A stretch of DNA of 64,000 nt from Dicyema japonicum (Eukaryota; Animalia; Dicyemida): positions 16,895-80,894 of the forward strand of contig RDEW01000018.1 in the NCBI GenBank assembly GCA_011109175.1, read 5' to 3'. The notes under the pieces were generated by a model that saw only the letters and a list, made by a program, of their open reading frames with translations, was not told the origin of the DNA and searched no databases. Positions within the stretch are counted from its first letter, which is position 1, and every line of letters begins with the position of its first letter. The position numbers and the translations under genes were made by a program. Positions 1 to 12,759 of the stretch are shown piece after piece.

Positions 1-719
1 CTGTCCAGCCATTGAGAACAGACCTGAGCATTGTGCTTGAACTTTCCAAACAGGATTAACCCAACGTTTTGGATTACTACTAATTGAAAAATACACGCAT
101 GATTGGTGTATCCTTAAAACATCATCCTCAATGATCCTAGCCAACTTGAAGATCATTTGATCTGGACTATCTTTAATATTTAGGCACTGAAGTCTGACGA
201 ATTTAGATAGCAGAAAATAAAGATCATTAAATTGCAATTGAAGATCAACACGTAGACATTTGTTTTTATTCAGATTTCCACTTTTCTGTGAAATTTATCT
301 CAATTTTTACTTTTGACAAAAAATTATTTTTCCGTTTTTGTCATTTTTATAGTTTCCATATTTAGCAATTTTCAGTTTATCAGATAATTTCTAATTTTGC
401 TTACTTCTGACATACATTAGAATTTGCTATATGATGAACCACAATTAACCAATATTTGGATTATTCCAGCTTTGCTGATATTAAATTTTGATGTTTTTGA
501 TTTTTCAATCGGTCATGGAACAAATTAATATTTTCTTTGTCTCGTCTTGTCGCTGATTTGACATACCAATCTTTGCGTCTCTTTGTTAAGCGTTTTTTTC
601 ACTGAGAGTTCACAGATTTCTGGTGTTAACAATTTCATCTTATCTTCGATATGTTATTGTTGATGACAACTTGTAGGGTTCATTGAAGCATTTGAGACTG
701 AGACTTTCCAGAAGTCCAT

Positions 720-2400
720 CGTTCCGTATTTTTAGCGGCAATTTTGGCTAGCTTCGATCTTCAAAGCCATAAGTCAGAGAGACATTTCCACGTGTTAGTC
801 TTCTTTTCACATTTTTATAACATTATCAACATGTGGCAAGAGTGATATTTGCATATCAAAAATCACCCCAAGTATCTTTTGAGATCTTCTAAACAGGACA
901 ATACCTTTTTTTGTTTTTAAATCGCTCGTCCGTCTTCCCATTCTCCAGGGATTTTTGTTTGGAAAATTTTCAAAGTAAGAATATTCCTCGACAATGAGTC
1001 GAAAGCTTTATGGACGTCAATGGAGCAAAGTACAGTCTTCATGTGTCCCGGCCAGTGCGAAAAATCATATCGTATAAAGTTAGTTAATGCTGATAAATGA
1101 GTCGAAGTAGATTTATCTTCTTTAGACCACATTGAAATAACAAATCGGGGAGAAAATCTTTCCAGGATTTTCGACAATAGACACAATAACGCGATCGGTC
1201 TGTATGAAGCCGGATCCTTTTTCGTTTGACGGAAGTGTGCAAGTTTCCATAAGGCTGGAATAAAATTTTTGTTAATAGAGTGGTTGAATATTTTCGTCAA
1301 TGCAGCGATTCCATAATACCCAAGATTCTTTAGGAGAATCATTGGAATTTTGTCCGTTTCGTTAAAATAGGTTGTTTTAAGACTTTCAATACATTTCTCG
1401 CGTCTTTTTCAGTAAAGTAAATCACATCAGGATCCTTTAAGGTTTACTGAGATATAAATGAGGTACATCCGACTTATGATCTTTGTGGGATATTTTTACG
1501 TAATTTTTTATCAGGTTATTAAAATCACTTTGGCTGTGATCCTCAGATGACCTTTCATCCTATCTTTAGACGGCTCGAATAGTTTTCAAACATTTGTGGT
1601 GGATCTATTTCGGTTCAAAGACGAGAGCATTCTGTGTTTTGAGGTCCCTGTTTTTTATTTCATTGTTCAAAGCCATCCATCGAAGCTTATCCTCAGTAGT
1701 TATTGGATATACTTTTCGAGTCGATTTCTTTCTTTTACGAAGGCCGTATCCCTTGCCGTAGTTAAGGTTAAGTTAGGCACAGATAGTGATCTCGCATCCA
1801 AGATAGTGCGGTTTACATAAGCGACTACTCTGTCATGGAAGTACTGCGAGTAACAGTCTACACGTTTGTAGCTAAATTGATCTTGAAACCTATTCCCAGT
1901 TAAGCTTTCTCTCTTTAACTAAGAATGACATTGTGGTCAGAGTTGTAAGTGACTGACTAGGTAGGTATTGCCGACATGCCGGAGAGTGATGTCTGGAGAA
2001 GTTAGTTGGTCTGGGGGTTCTCGTATGTTTCGACGGGTTATTCATGACCGTGAAAGGACCTTTCTGCGACATTAGTACTTTCCCCCTTGTTCGGATGGTT
2101 GACTTGCCAGCCATAGAGGGTGTTTGGTGTTGATATCCCTACCAATGATCACATCGTTCAAAGAAGCCAAAGTGGATAAATCAGGTATAGCAGAACCAGG
2201 AGGAGGCACGTAGATGTGTACAAAAATAATTTTTCCATTTATTGATCCAGGTGAGATTGCGTTGATTTCAGTAACATCGTTGTCTCCCAAAATGATGTCC
2301 ACACATTTAAGGTTTTCCGGTATAAAATGGGGAGACCACCTTCATCCGGTTATTCCGTATTGACTTGTATCAGGAAACAGTGTGGTAGGACTGTTTAAAA
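720..2400 (-). mobile_element. Degenerate APE-type LINE (Jockey/I-like): endonuclease, RT and post-RT fragments
   Basis: Minus-strand frames give IVHIYVPPPG, IIGRDINTKHPLW (APE), KKDPASYRPIALLCLLSKILER and IDVHKAFDSL (RT), and QKILGVIFD near 870 (post-RT). Broken by frameshifts; boundaries approximate. Confidence 0.85.
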
Positions 2401-2419
2401 AAGAGTTTAGTCTCTTGAA

Positions 2420-2830
2420 TCACAGCAATTTCAATCTCAGGTCATTCCAAAATTTTGCCTCTTATTCGATTGACGTTCAACTGTAGAACGGTCTCTCCGA
2501 GTAACAGCATTTATGATGACTGGGGATCCGAGCAAATAATTCCAGGCAGTAAATTCCCGAAAGATGACAAAACTTTTGAATATTTCTTTTCTGAAAATCT
2601 GCAATTGTAGATTTCGCATTTAATGTAATTTAATTCCAGTCCAGCTTTCGACAGTGCTGGAATTATAATCTCCAAATACCGGAAAACAATATCTGGGGGT
2701 TCTCCGATATCTGCATCATCCATATACCATAGGTTGAGGGGCAAGCGCGGAAATTCGGCGATTTTCTCTATTGCAAGACAAAACAATAGGGGTCCAAAGG
2801 GATCTCCCTGTTGCAATCCAGAATAGGAAT
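2420..2830 (-). mobile_element. CRE-clade non-LTR RT fragment
   Basis: ORF 2511-2816 has QQGDPFGPLLFCLAI and LWYMDD, matching the RT of the neighbouring CRE-like copy. Confidence 0.8.
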
Positions 2831-3029
2831 GGATTAAATAGTCCTCAAATATGTTTCAATTATATCAGATTTAGAAGAAAAAAATTCAAAATCAAGCAGA
2901 ATTTGGACAGTAAACTTGAATTAGGATTTTAAATTATTTAGAAATATGTGAGAAATTGCTTGATGATATAATCCAAATAATATTAGTATTTGGTTTTTCC
3001 TGAAAATAATTTACCTTTAATAAAATTTA

Positions 3030-6000
3030 TTATTAGGAAACATGAGTAGTTAATTACTGAGTCCAGCGGATATGATCGAGTGGCTGTTACCTCTGACTAC
3101 TGCCAGGGATATCCTTTGGAAAAGCCACTCGGTTTCCCGACGCTCCCTCGAGGCTTTGGTCAATAGACACCCAAGTGCTCAAGAGACCGTCTTGGGGCCA
3201 AAGACTCCGCTCGTCTCGACGACCACTGGCTGTACATAGAAACGGTTTAGGAGGCTGCTGTATTTCTTTATTTTTGAGTTTTCATATAAACGGGAGGCCT
3301 CTCCCGCTTTCATTGCCGACCTCAAAAGTTTCGACTGGGAAAAGCTGTCAGTACAGGCAGCATCCCAAATTAAGCATTTGCCCCGATAGAAGGGGAAGAC
3401 AATAATTCCATCGGGTCGCTTCCCATCATCCCTACTCAAGCTCGTTGGCTCTAGAATGGATGGGTATCCCGCCAACTCGAGGGCGCGCTTCACCACTTTA
3501 TTTATAGCCTTGTGTCTAGCGAATCGATCTGCGCTTTTTCGACAAGAAAGGGCATGATGTCCATAGCAGTCGACCTTCCGGCCGCATCGGCACTCATGGG
3601 GTTGACAAACTTTCAATCCAAGTCTGATGGAGACTCCGGTGCGGACCGTTTCATCGTCTAGGTGAGTTCCCACGTTTCCAATGGGTAGGGCATTGATCCA
3701 AGCCCCGCTCCACTCGCATCTTGCAGTTAAAAGACAGGCTCGTCGGTGTTGGTTAGATATTTTCAAAAGCCTCTCGTATTTATCCTCGCAACAGACTCAT
3801 AAAGGTCTCTCTGCCCGGTTGTTTGACTTTAGGGTGTACCAAATCTTCGATCTTTGACGACTCTGATGGGAGCTGGAGAATCATCATGATCAAATTCTGA
3901 TTGGAGTCCAATGAGGATTGATATGCCGGGTGTGCTAAATCAGATGGTGAGAGAATTCCGAGTCCACCAAAGCGAACGGGCAAGGTTGCTTGTTCCCATC
4001 CTTGTTCGTCGAATTCGACATTAGTAATACGTTCGGTCGTAGACCGGAATAGGGAGTCAATCGCCCCGAGTTGTTGCATTTTCAGGTAACATGGAGCTCC
4101 TCGAAGGACGTAATTTAATTTCTGCGTGGATAAAGCGTTTTTCATGAGAAAAAGAGAGGTATGTGCATCCAGCATCCCAAGGCGTAAAAAAGTTTTTCTT
4201 AGTTGCTGTTCTTTAGCCAACAGAGTGTCGTTAATTCCAGTTTCAGCCAGAGGGCATCCAAGTATTTCCAAATGATCCGGCTCGATTTCCGATATTTTAG
4301 GAATAATCCCCCGAAACATTAATAGGATCCGATTCCATTCATATCGGGAGAATCCATAATTAACAATTTCGCATTTGGATGCGTTTAGCTTTAAACCAAG
4401 CGTATCCAATTGGGTTAGTAATCTCTGTAGACAGTCATATACATTGTTAGGATGACCTCCCAGGGTGCAATCATCCAAATACCACACGTTCAGCGGAGTA
4501 GTAAGGCATCTCATGACACGGTCGACACCGAGGCAGAACAATGCCGGTCCTAGTGGGTCTCCTTGCTGAACCCACACACGACGAGGGAATGAAGTATTTC
4601 CCATGTACAAGACTGGACGGTTTTCCATACGAACAATGAACATAATTATATATAGACGGGTAATGGGTAAGACAATCTTCCAAAATTACATCGCGCCGTA
4701 TGGTATTGAAGGCGTTTTTTATGTCAATCTTGAGGACCACACAAGGCATGTTCGTTCTGTTTCCAGTAAACATCCGAACGGCATGAACCGCCGCCTCACA
4801 TCCACCAGGAGTACCGACCCCTACTTGGGTTGGTCGCAGTTGTTTGACAAGCATCGGAAGGATTGCTCTGCTAGCAAGTTTAGAAGCCAGTCGACGAAAA
4901 ACAAACCCAACAGCAATAGGACGAATTCCTCCTCCACATTTATCAAAGGCAATTAACTTGGCGGAAAACATAATATGACGGATTGCTTCTGGTAATCTTC
5001 CGGAAAGCATTCTGTTGATTAACCTCGTTATAGCCGATAATAGCCGAACACCAGAGTTCCCCGTATTCTGATCAATTAAGTCTTTTAGGTGTCCTGGACG
5101 GAGTCCGTCAAGTCCCCACTGCTGCTTGGGGCGAATGAGAGGATCGCATCTTTCACGTCCCCCTCAGAAATAATCAGACTAGGTAATTCTCCAGAGCAAG
5201 TAGGGATCTGTTCGTCCACTGGCGGACCAGGATGTCGTTCAACCAGTGCATCGTAGGAGTGTTCAGTTGGCTCAATTAGACGGTTATGCTCTTCTAGAGT
5301 CCTCACGGCGGCCCGGACTCCACCCTCAGATAGTTTGCGATGTATCGCTCTTCCAATCTTTGTGTTTCTGAGGCATGGTTCTCGTGGTTTGAGGGCTTGA
5401 AGGTATATTCTCGGGAGTCACTGAACAAATTTCCATAAGAAAACAAGCAAATATTTTCCTTTACAAAAGACGTTAGCGATTCCTGATCTTTCCTCTTCTG
5501 ACAGGGCATACATAGCGTGTATGGTGCAAAGTAGAATAATCGTGTCCAATCACTGGGTCAGTCGAAAAAATTGCCCTTTCAATACAATCGTGTAAACAGT
5601 CGGCGGCAGGAACACGGGCAGCTTTTGGAATTTTGATCAATGATCCTCGTGTAGATGCCAGGTTTGCAATTGATTCAAGGGTTTTCTGGTAATCTATTGG
5701 TATTCGTTTAGGTGAATTAGGTGGAGTCGATGGTGCTTTAATCCCAGGAAGGAGGCATGCTTGGCAACACCAGTTGGTAATGGTGGTAAGGGCTTTTTTG
5801 GTCATTCCAACACATGACATGTGAAAAACCGACGAACAAACGACACAACATATCAGCCGCTTTTTTGTTAATTTTATTGCAAAATTCACAAAGCTCTTCT
5901 CTTTTGTCGATCTTGTGCATATTGCTTCTGGTTACTTTTTTCTCAATTACACCACACCACCACAACAGCACTATTAAATAGTTTTTAAAACACGCCACGA

Positions 6001-6060
6001 CTACTATCTCCTAATAACATCACCGACAGTGCGGTAAGGCCACCGCAGAATAGGCGGAGA
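3030..6060 (-). mobile_element. Near full-length CRE-clade (RLE-type) non-LTR retrotransposon with N-terminal PHD finger
   Basis: In order: PHD-like CEFC...CVVCSSVFHMSC...WCCQAC (5750-5900); GGIRPIAVG, QVGVG, DIKNAFN, QQGDPLGP, WYLDD (RT); WEQATLPVRFGGLG; GAWINALP; CRCGRKVDCYGHHALSC and ARH (CCHC); DGKRPDG...WDAACTD (RLE); terminal VRGNSHSI. Several frameshifts. Confidence 0.9.
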
Positions 6061-6388
6061 AGGTTAGAGGGAATAAATACAAAAAGTTTCTCACACGTTA
6101 CGTGTGATTGCTGTCGAGACAATTTGAGCGATAAGCCGGAAGTTTTCGTCTTCTCCAGGAGCCTGGACGTCTGGGGGCAATATATTCACAAAGAAATCAT
6201 AATTTATTCGGAAACCTGAGAAATTGTGAATTATTTAGTTACATAAATTTAATTGAATACAAACAGAGAAGCATAAAAAACAGATTAAAAGATTTAAAAA
6301 CCATCATCAAATAAAACTAAATTAGAAAGTCCCAAATTCGGTGTCCATCCAATTAGGATCCTCCATGGCAGACGGAACCTAACAGTCA

Positions 6389-7195
6389 TTAATAAACCCC
6401 CACAAAGTTCATATTCATTTTATTGTCAAAGTCACCACTAGACCCGCCCTCAGAATTTGCTCTTTCCTCGACTTCTCCACCATCTTCTTTGTCAGCTTCT
6501 TCAGCATCTCTGTAGAAAAACATGTCGACCATGATCTCCCAGGGACATTGTCTGCTTACTGTTCCCTTCATTCTCAGAAATTCTCTTGCCAACAAATACC
6601 ACATTGTTCCGATAGCCTCCCTTCCCTACAAATGAAGACAACTCTGACCTTATTGTTGCATGGAATTACACAATCCACACCATTCGGGTGAGTGTTACTG
6701 TCACAAAAGGCAATAACTATAATCCCCCGTTTTGATGCCTCAAGAATGCACTGATGATCGATCTGAGGATTAGCCACCACCATAGCAAGAGGCTCAATGA
6801 ATTGTTTCTTTACATTTTTACTCAACCAATGTACCTGTCCTCTGTTTGTGAGCGAACCGGGAGTGAATCGCTGCACGGCAGAAGATGATCCAGTGTATTT
6901 GGAAAATTTCAATGCTCCCCTTTGAGCAAAAACGTGTCCACCAACTGCTACGATATCTTTGGTGTCGTTAATTGTAACGAGCAGACGACAGGCGATTTGA
7001 ATCTTTTCCACATAAGGTGTATGTCCATTATATTAGAACCTGTTTAAATTACTAATATCAACCAAATTTCTCATTTTTGTAAATATAATCACTCATCTTT
7101 TTGTTTACTCCAGGAGAAACAAGATGAGCTTTGGATGCAATTATAAGCTTCACATCCTCAGAGGTCATCGCCATTGAATTTATTCCATTAGACAT
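6389..7195 (-). CDS. RPSA: 40S ribosomal protein SA (uS2 / laminin receptor 1), 3 micro-introns
   Basis: Reconstruction: [25 protein letters not shown]...W(E)[12 protein letters not shown]...RFTPGSLTN...EP...DHQCILEAS...[27 protein letters not shown]...[16 protein letters not shown] introns at 7040-7062 (23 nt), 6808-6834 (27 nt) and 6626-6648 (23 nt). One missing G near 7010 is needed to keep the frame. Confidence 0.95.
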
Positions 7196-7339
7196 CTATC
7201 TTAATTATAAAATCACTTTACTTTATCAACAGAATGAAAACGTGCTTGCAAATATATTTGTAATTAATTAAAAAAAATTATAAATAAATTAATTTTATTT
7301 ATTTAAGATTAATCATATTTGTTTAGCAAAGTTTTAATT

Positions 7340-7495
7340 TATATCCGTGGACATCACAAAAGCGTTCGACTCAGTCCCTAGGAAACTCCTAACAAAGAAA
7401 ATATACGAAACCAACATCCATCCAAACTGAAACTTTGGCTTGGAAACTTCCTAAATGGAAGACGAGCACAAGTACTCTGCAACAACATCGATTAG
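7340..7495 (+). mobile_element. Short LINE RT fragment
   Basis: Translates to VDITKAFDSVPRKLLTKKIYETNIHP...WLGNFLNGRRAQV, the same RT segment as other Jockey-like copies here. Confidence 0.7.
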
Positions 7496-7499
7496 TCTT

Positions 7500-8800
7500 T
7501 TTTTTATAATTTAGTCATTTAGTGGTGGTTCTCGTTGTGGAATTGGTTTTTGAAATTGGAATTTTTTTGTATGTTCATTCTCGGTCCTGCAAATTTTCTA
7601 GACATTTAATTTATTAAGAATTCTGATCGCCCTGAACATTTTCGGACCGTGATCTAATTTTTGTAGTTCTAAGGCATTGAGATTCAGTTTATGAAATTCT
7701 TTCACTCTTTATATTCCTCTGTAATTCCCTTCTCTTTAACTTTTTTTTAAGGTTGCTATTGGCATCTTCTTTTCTGTGTCGTAAGTTTTTTTGTATTCTT
7801 GATAACTCTTGAATTTTCTTATATAGAATGTTGGTTGTGAGTCTTTACTAAAGTCAAGGTTGCAATTCTAATTTGGCGGGGAATTCCGTTTCAACTTTAG
7901 TCAGTTTGACTGACAGGTAGTCTCGAAATATGGTTGTTGATCCTTTTCACAAATCTTGTCCGAATGTCAGTATTTGTGCTCAATAATTCAACCAGGATCC
8001 TCGTGCCATGATGTGTTTTTGCAATTACGCCTTGGTTGGTTAATTTGAAGCGAGAAATGACTGTTTTGTGATCGCTTGATAGCAATGTGCCTCCATATGA
8101 TCGTGAATAGCATTCCTTTGGTTTTTCTTTGCATAATGTGTAGTCTATTTGATTGTAGATAGGTTTTGTCTCATCTCCAATTTTTTTTGTCACATGTTTT
8201 GCTAGATGTTTGAAAGCAGAATTGCATATTTACAGACCAGCTGCTATACAAAAGTCAGCAAGTGCATCTCCATTGGCGTTTCTTTTGCCTCTGCTGTGAC
8301 TTCCAATGAATCTTTCACCACTAAGCTTTCTTCCAACTTTTTAGTTCCTCTCACCTGCAATGAAAACATAATGGCATCCATGAATATCTTCGACAGTCAA
8401 AGACAGCAAAGTGTAGAATAGGTCAATTTCATCTGGATTTTCGCAGTTATACCCATGGTGGGAGCATAAATATTTATTATTGTTGCTAATTTATTGATAA
8501 TCCATATATGGATTATGCAAATCATCATTGATTTTCCAATGCTTTTCTATTGTAATGTTTTGATGCACCACATCGCCCATTCCATAGTGCCTACAGTCCG
8601 GTCCAGAAACAGAAATCTGTTTTACCTATAGTTTTCATCCAGTTCGGCGGATACTTTAGTTTCCTGAAGATATGCAACAGCCACTCCTTAATGCTGTAGA
8701 TCTTGACAAACAGATTTTTTCGTATTTCAGAACTGATTCCTCTTACATTAAAAGTCATTAAATTGAAATTCTTTCGTTCATAGTGTTTTTGAGACATTAA
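7500..8800 (-). mobile_element. RTE-like LINE, endonuclease portion
   Basis: NLMTFNVRGI, YAPT and NQIDYTLC...SDHKTV are APE motifs of RTE type. No RT seen; frameshifted. Confidence 0.75.
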
Positions 8801-9229
8801 GTACAGTCTTCTACAGAATCATTTAATTTAAATTAATTAATTTGACCGCAAAACACAGAATTTCGTAAAAGAAAGAAATCATCTAAAAATTCTCAAAAAA
8901 CGGATGTTAAGGGGAGAACCTGACTGCCTGACAATGAGATTAAAAAACAGTGTCAGAATAAAGGAAAGTGACTGAATAAAGTTACCAATCTGGATAAGTA
9001 AAAAAACCTATATAAAATTTGGAGCACTCATTATAATTTCAAAAATCCAGTAAAGAGTAACGAACTGGAAGATAATAAGGAAAAAACTCAATAAATAACA
9101 GCCTTCTTTACAAAAAGTAAGTAATGTTTCAATTAATTAAACCTTCCTTAGGCAGAACTCACACTTTATTTTAAAAAGTAAAAACAGTAATGTTAATTAA
9201 TTAATCTTTTCTTTTTTGTGAGTTCCAAG

Positions 9230-10800
9230 GCTGCGGAAATCCAAAATTGATAACTTCACACTTCGAGGTATTTAGGGATAGGGATTCCATTTGGAATATC
9301 AAACTTTTCAAACAATCTAGTACATCCTCCGGATGGCCGCCCATGGTGCAATCATCCAGATATCACACACTCTCAGAGGAGTGGAATAATATCCTGTGAT
9401 ACGGGCAATTCCCAGGCTGAACAAGGCAGGCCCCAATGGGTCTCCTTGTTAGACTCCAGAAGACGATGAGATGTAGTATTGGCAGTGTACCAGACTGGAT
9501 GGTTTTCCGTACGAGCTATGATTATAGCTGTACACTGATTAGTGTATGTGAAGCAATTCTCCAGAATTGTATCACGTCGTATAGAGTTGAAGGCATTTTA
9601 ACGTCAATTTTGACGTGAGGAATGTTCTCGTTTTTTTCGTTGAATGTTCAGACAGCATGAACTGCCGTTTCACAACCTCCTGGTGTGCCGACCCTATTTG
9701 GGTCGGTTGTAGCTGTGTTATCAGCGTAGGCAGGATTGCTCTGTATACAAGCTTTGAGGACAACCGACGAAAAACCAGGCTGACAGCAATAGGGCGTATT
9801 CCCTCCGAATGCGATTTAACTTGTCGGAGAACATTACGTGGCGAATTGTTTCTGGTAGTTTCCCTGATAGCATCCTGTTCATTAGTTTGGTGATAGCCAA
9901 CACGAGCCGGATCCCAGAGTTGCCCGTGTTATGAGCAATAAGGTCTTTGAGGTAACCCGGACGGAGCCCATCTAGTCCTCCACTGCTGCTCGGGACGAAA
10001 GAGAGAATCCCATCTTTTACGTCCTCTTCAGAGACAAGTAGATTAGGTAATTGTCCTGGGCAAGGAGGAATCCAGTGGTCGTTGGGGAGACTTGGGTGTC
10101 GCTCAACAAGTGATGCGTAGGACTGTACAAACGGCTCAATCATCTCACGGCAGCACAGATTCCACCTTCAGAAAGTTTTCGACGGATCGCACTTCTTGAT
10201 CTCTGAGTATCCGAGATAATCGATGTTAGCTTCTCATGGTTTTGGGATCTGTAGGTGAGATTTTCTGAGTCTGCCAATAGGTTCCTTGAGGACAATGTGT
10301 ACACATTCTCCTTTACTAATGACGTAAGTGGTTTCTCTTCTTTCCCCCTCCTATGGAGTATGCATAGTTTGAATGGAGCGAAGCAAAATAATCGTATCCA
10401 ATCATAAGCAGTCCGCGACAGATATACAGGCAGCTTTGGGGATCCTGATCAGGAGTCTTAGTGTGTGAGGTTTGAGATCAATTCAAGTATTTCCTGATGG
10501 TCTAGTAGAACATGTTCAGAAAGGTAGCGTAAGGTCGAGTTTGTCGTATTATCTGGTAGGAGACATGACCGACAGTGCCAATCGGAAATGACAGCCAGGG
10601 CTCTTTTTGTCATTCCGGCACAGGCATGTGGAAGCCACACGAACAGGCCTTGCAGTGGATCATCCTCTTTCTTTTGTTCATTATGTTGCATTTTTTGAAG
10701 ATCTCATCTTTTGTAGTTTCCTGCATGTTCTTTTCAGATTTTCCTTTCTTTTTCTCTTCTTTTCTCTAGCACCACTACGACCACAACGAGTAGCGTTCAA
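9230..10800 (-). mobile_element. Second CRE-like copy, 5' half (PHD finger to RT)
   Basis: CKACSCGFH...CAGMTKRALAVISDWHCRSC (PHD); SSSGGLDGLRPGYLKDL; GDPLGPALF; YLDD near 9350. Clearly related to 3030-6060 but diverged. Confidence 0.85.
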
Positions 10801-10989
10801 TCGAATCCGATCCCATAATTAGTTTCTCAATAATTTTTCATTGGTTCAATTTTTTCTTGTTTATAGCAATTTATTAATAAAAATGAACAAAAGCATCCAT
10901 CCCAGATTGATGATAGTCAAATAACCTTAGCAACATTATTAATAAACTAGTTCGCATAGTTCAGGGTCTAAGCTGCACAGACAAAGATA

Positions 10990-11065
10990 ACCAAACGGTC
11001 CCGACCGTATTCGAACCAGAAAACTTAGGATTAATAATAGCACGGGTTGACCTTTGCTCCGTAAG
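10990..11065 (-). repeat. tRNA-like sequence (degenerate tRNA or SINE head)
   Basis: Minus strand CCTTACGGAGCAAAGGTCAACCCGTGCTATTATTAATCCTAAGTTTTCTGGTTCGAATACGGTCGGGACC has a B-box (GGTTCGAAT) and an A-box-like segment at tRNA spacing, but the stems pair poorly. Confidence 0.35.
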
Positions 11066-11529
11066 GTTTTTTATACCCAATAATATTATTAGATAATTTT
11101 CAAATAGCGTTTATTCAGTTCTAATTATTTGACGTCTAAAAAAGTGAAGGTCTATAATTCCAATTAGAATTCGAAATTATGAGACAAACCTCCTTGATGA
11201 ATAGTTGCGTATATTGTCAGTGTTGTGAATATTCCCAGCTAAATTGTTGTAGATGTTTCTGGGGTCATTCTTTGAAATAATTCTGTTGTTATTTTGGTCT
11301 ATAAATGTAAAGACTTCCTTGAATCTTAATCTGGTTAGTCTCATGTTTGATGTGATTCTCTGTTGCTCTTTATTGTATTTTCACTGGTCATTTCATAAGC
11401 AAAACAATCTCTACAAAATAAAATGCATTAAATTTATTGGTCATTATAAACTTGAACATTTCCGAAAGGATGAAATGTTTATCGGTTCTAAAAAGCTTTG
11501 AAAATGTTCTAAAACTGGACATAAATCAA

Positions 11530-12050
11530 AATGTTCGCTAAAACCGGTAAATTTATGTTTTATTGTATAGCCACGTGGCTTGAAAATAAACACATATCCT
11601 CATGTCATAAGATTTATATTCTTGTGGAGTTTTGACAAGCACTCCTTCAAATTATGTTGTAGAGAGCTGGAATGGATTACCAACACATGGTTCTGGGAAA
11701 GTTCCAAATGGAGGAACAACTGAGACAAAATATTGGCTCGTTTTATTATCGTGCGTCATGTAGTTAATCATCTCTGGTAGCGCGAGATATAATCCTAAAT
11801 TAAATCCAAAAAGGACCATTAGTCAACAACCATCCAGAGGACTTCCCCTCGACGGCAGTTCCTTCATGTCGAGCATGCAAAGACTGCTGATGGAGACCGG
11901 ATCATCTGAAATTTTTATTCTGGCTAAGACTGTGGTTTCTAGTTTAATAAATTTAATTTAAACAGTTTCTCGGGAACTGTAGGCGTGCAATCAAAATTTT
12001 TTCTGGTCCTTTCGCACCTAGAAAAAACTGAGCAAAGGTATTCCGATGAC
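11530..12050 (+). CDS. Candidate unrecognised gene or pseudogene with micro-introns
   Basis: Three AT-rich GT-AG segments of 24, 21 and 24 nt (about 11547-11570, 11760-11780, 11942-11965) separate higher-GC stretches with open frames. No homology recognised; frameshifts are needed to join the frames. Confidence 0.3.
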
Positions 12051-12439
12051 TGATAATACGGGACCAGGGTAATTTAGAGTAATAATCCGATATTTTGTTA
12101 ATTTTTATGATTTCACCATTTCAACACGAAATTGGAGCTAGAATAGTTTGGAAGTGCAATCTCTGTGCCTTCAATCAACTCACTTGATCGTTCCATCATC
12201 GATGTCCGATGTTTTAAATGGAACAGTTAGGCCCAATGATATAACCCTTCCATACAACCGTACTTATTATATATTATACAACCGTACATGAATGGATTAT
12301 TATATCGATTTAATCTGTTTATATAATAATACTGTACTTTCGAAGAGCCATATTCGGTATAGCTTTTCCCACGCAGGACATACACTTTAAAGATGGTAGT
12401 TAATCGATGAAGAAAACCTTCATTTTTTTCTTTTTCGTT

Positions 12440-12600
12440 GGGTGTGAGTCAGGTTCCGAAATGTTAACTGATGAAGGCGTCACTCGTCAAGCCAAAGCAT
12501 TGTAGATGCGTGAAATCTTCAGCCAGAATGTACAGGAGCGAGATTCGAACTAGAAACCATCAGGCCTTTTGCCTAGCATTCGTTATAATGAGCAATCCGT
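12440..12600 (-). repeat. Candidate tRNA-derived SINE; body repeated at 24035-24125
   Basis: The minus strand has a GTTCGAATC B-box-like head, then about 75 bp shared with 24035-24125 (core ACTGATGA(A/C)GGCGTCACTCGTCAAG on plus), then an A-rich tail. Confidence 0.4.
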
Positions 12601-12759
12601 TTATAATAAATTTATAATAAGAAAAATTAAATATCGTTTTACTCATTAAAACCCACAGACTGGAAAAAATATGTGAATATATTCAAAGTAATCTCATTAA
12701 AACACAAATTAACTATTAATAAATTGATTTCTAACTCTAATAATATCTTATTAAAATAA

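Noticed and set aside
6060-6200. HDV-like ribozyme at the 5' end of the CRE-like element
   Set aside because: The region is GC-enriched, but I could not fit the nested double-pseudoknot pairing by eye; it needs a descriptor search.
6389-7195. RPSA, ALG1 and the innexin as pseudogenes
   Set aside because: Introns are present (so not processed copies), key motifs are intact and there are no premature stops after splicing. The indels cluster at homopolymers in several genes, favouring assembly error.
12250-12290. Short duplication ATACAACCGTAC x2, and the 63820-63900 TTTTCCTTGGG(G)ATTTAAC x2 repeat
   Set aside because: Two-copy local duplications without spacer regularity or other support.
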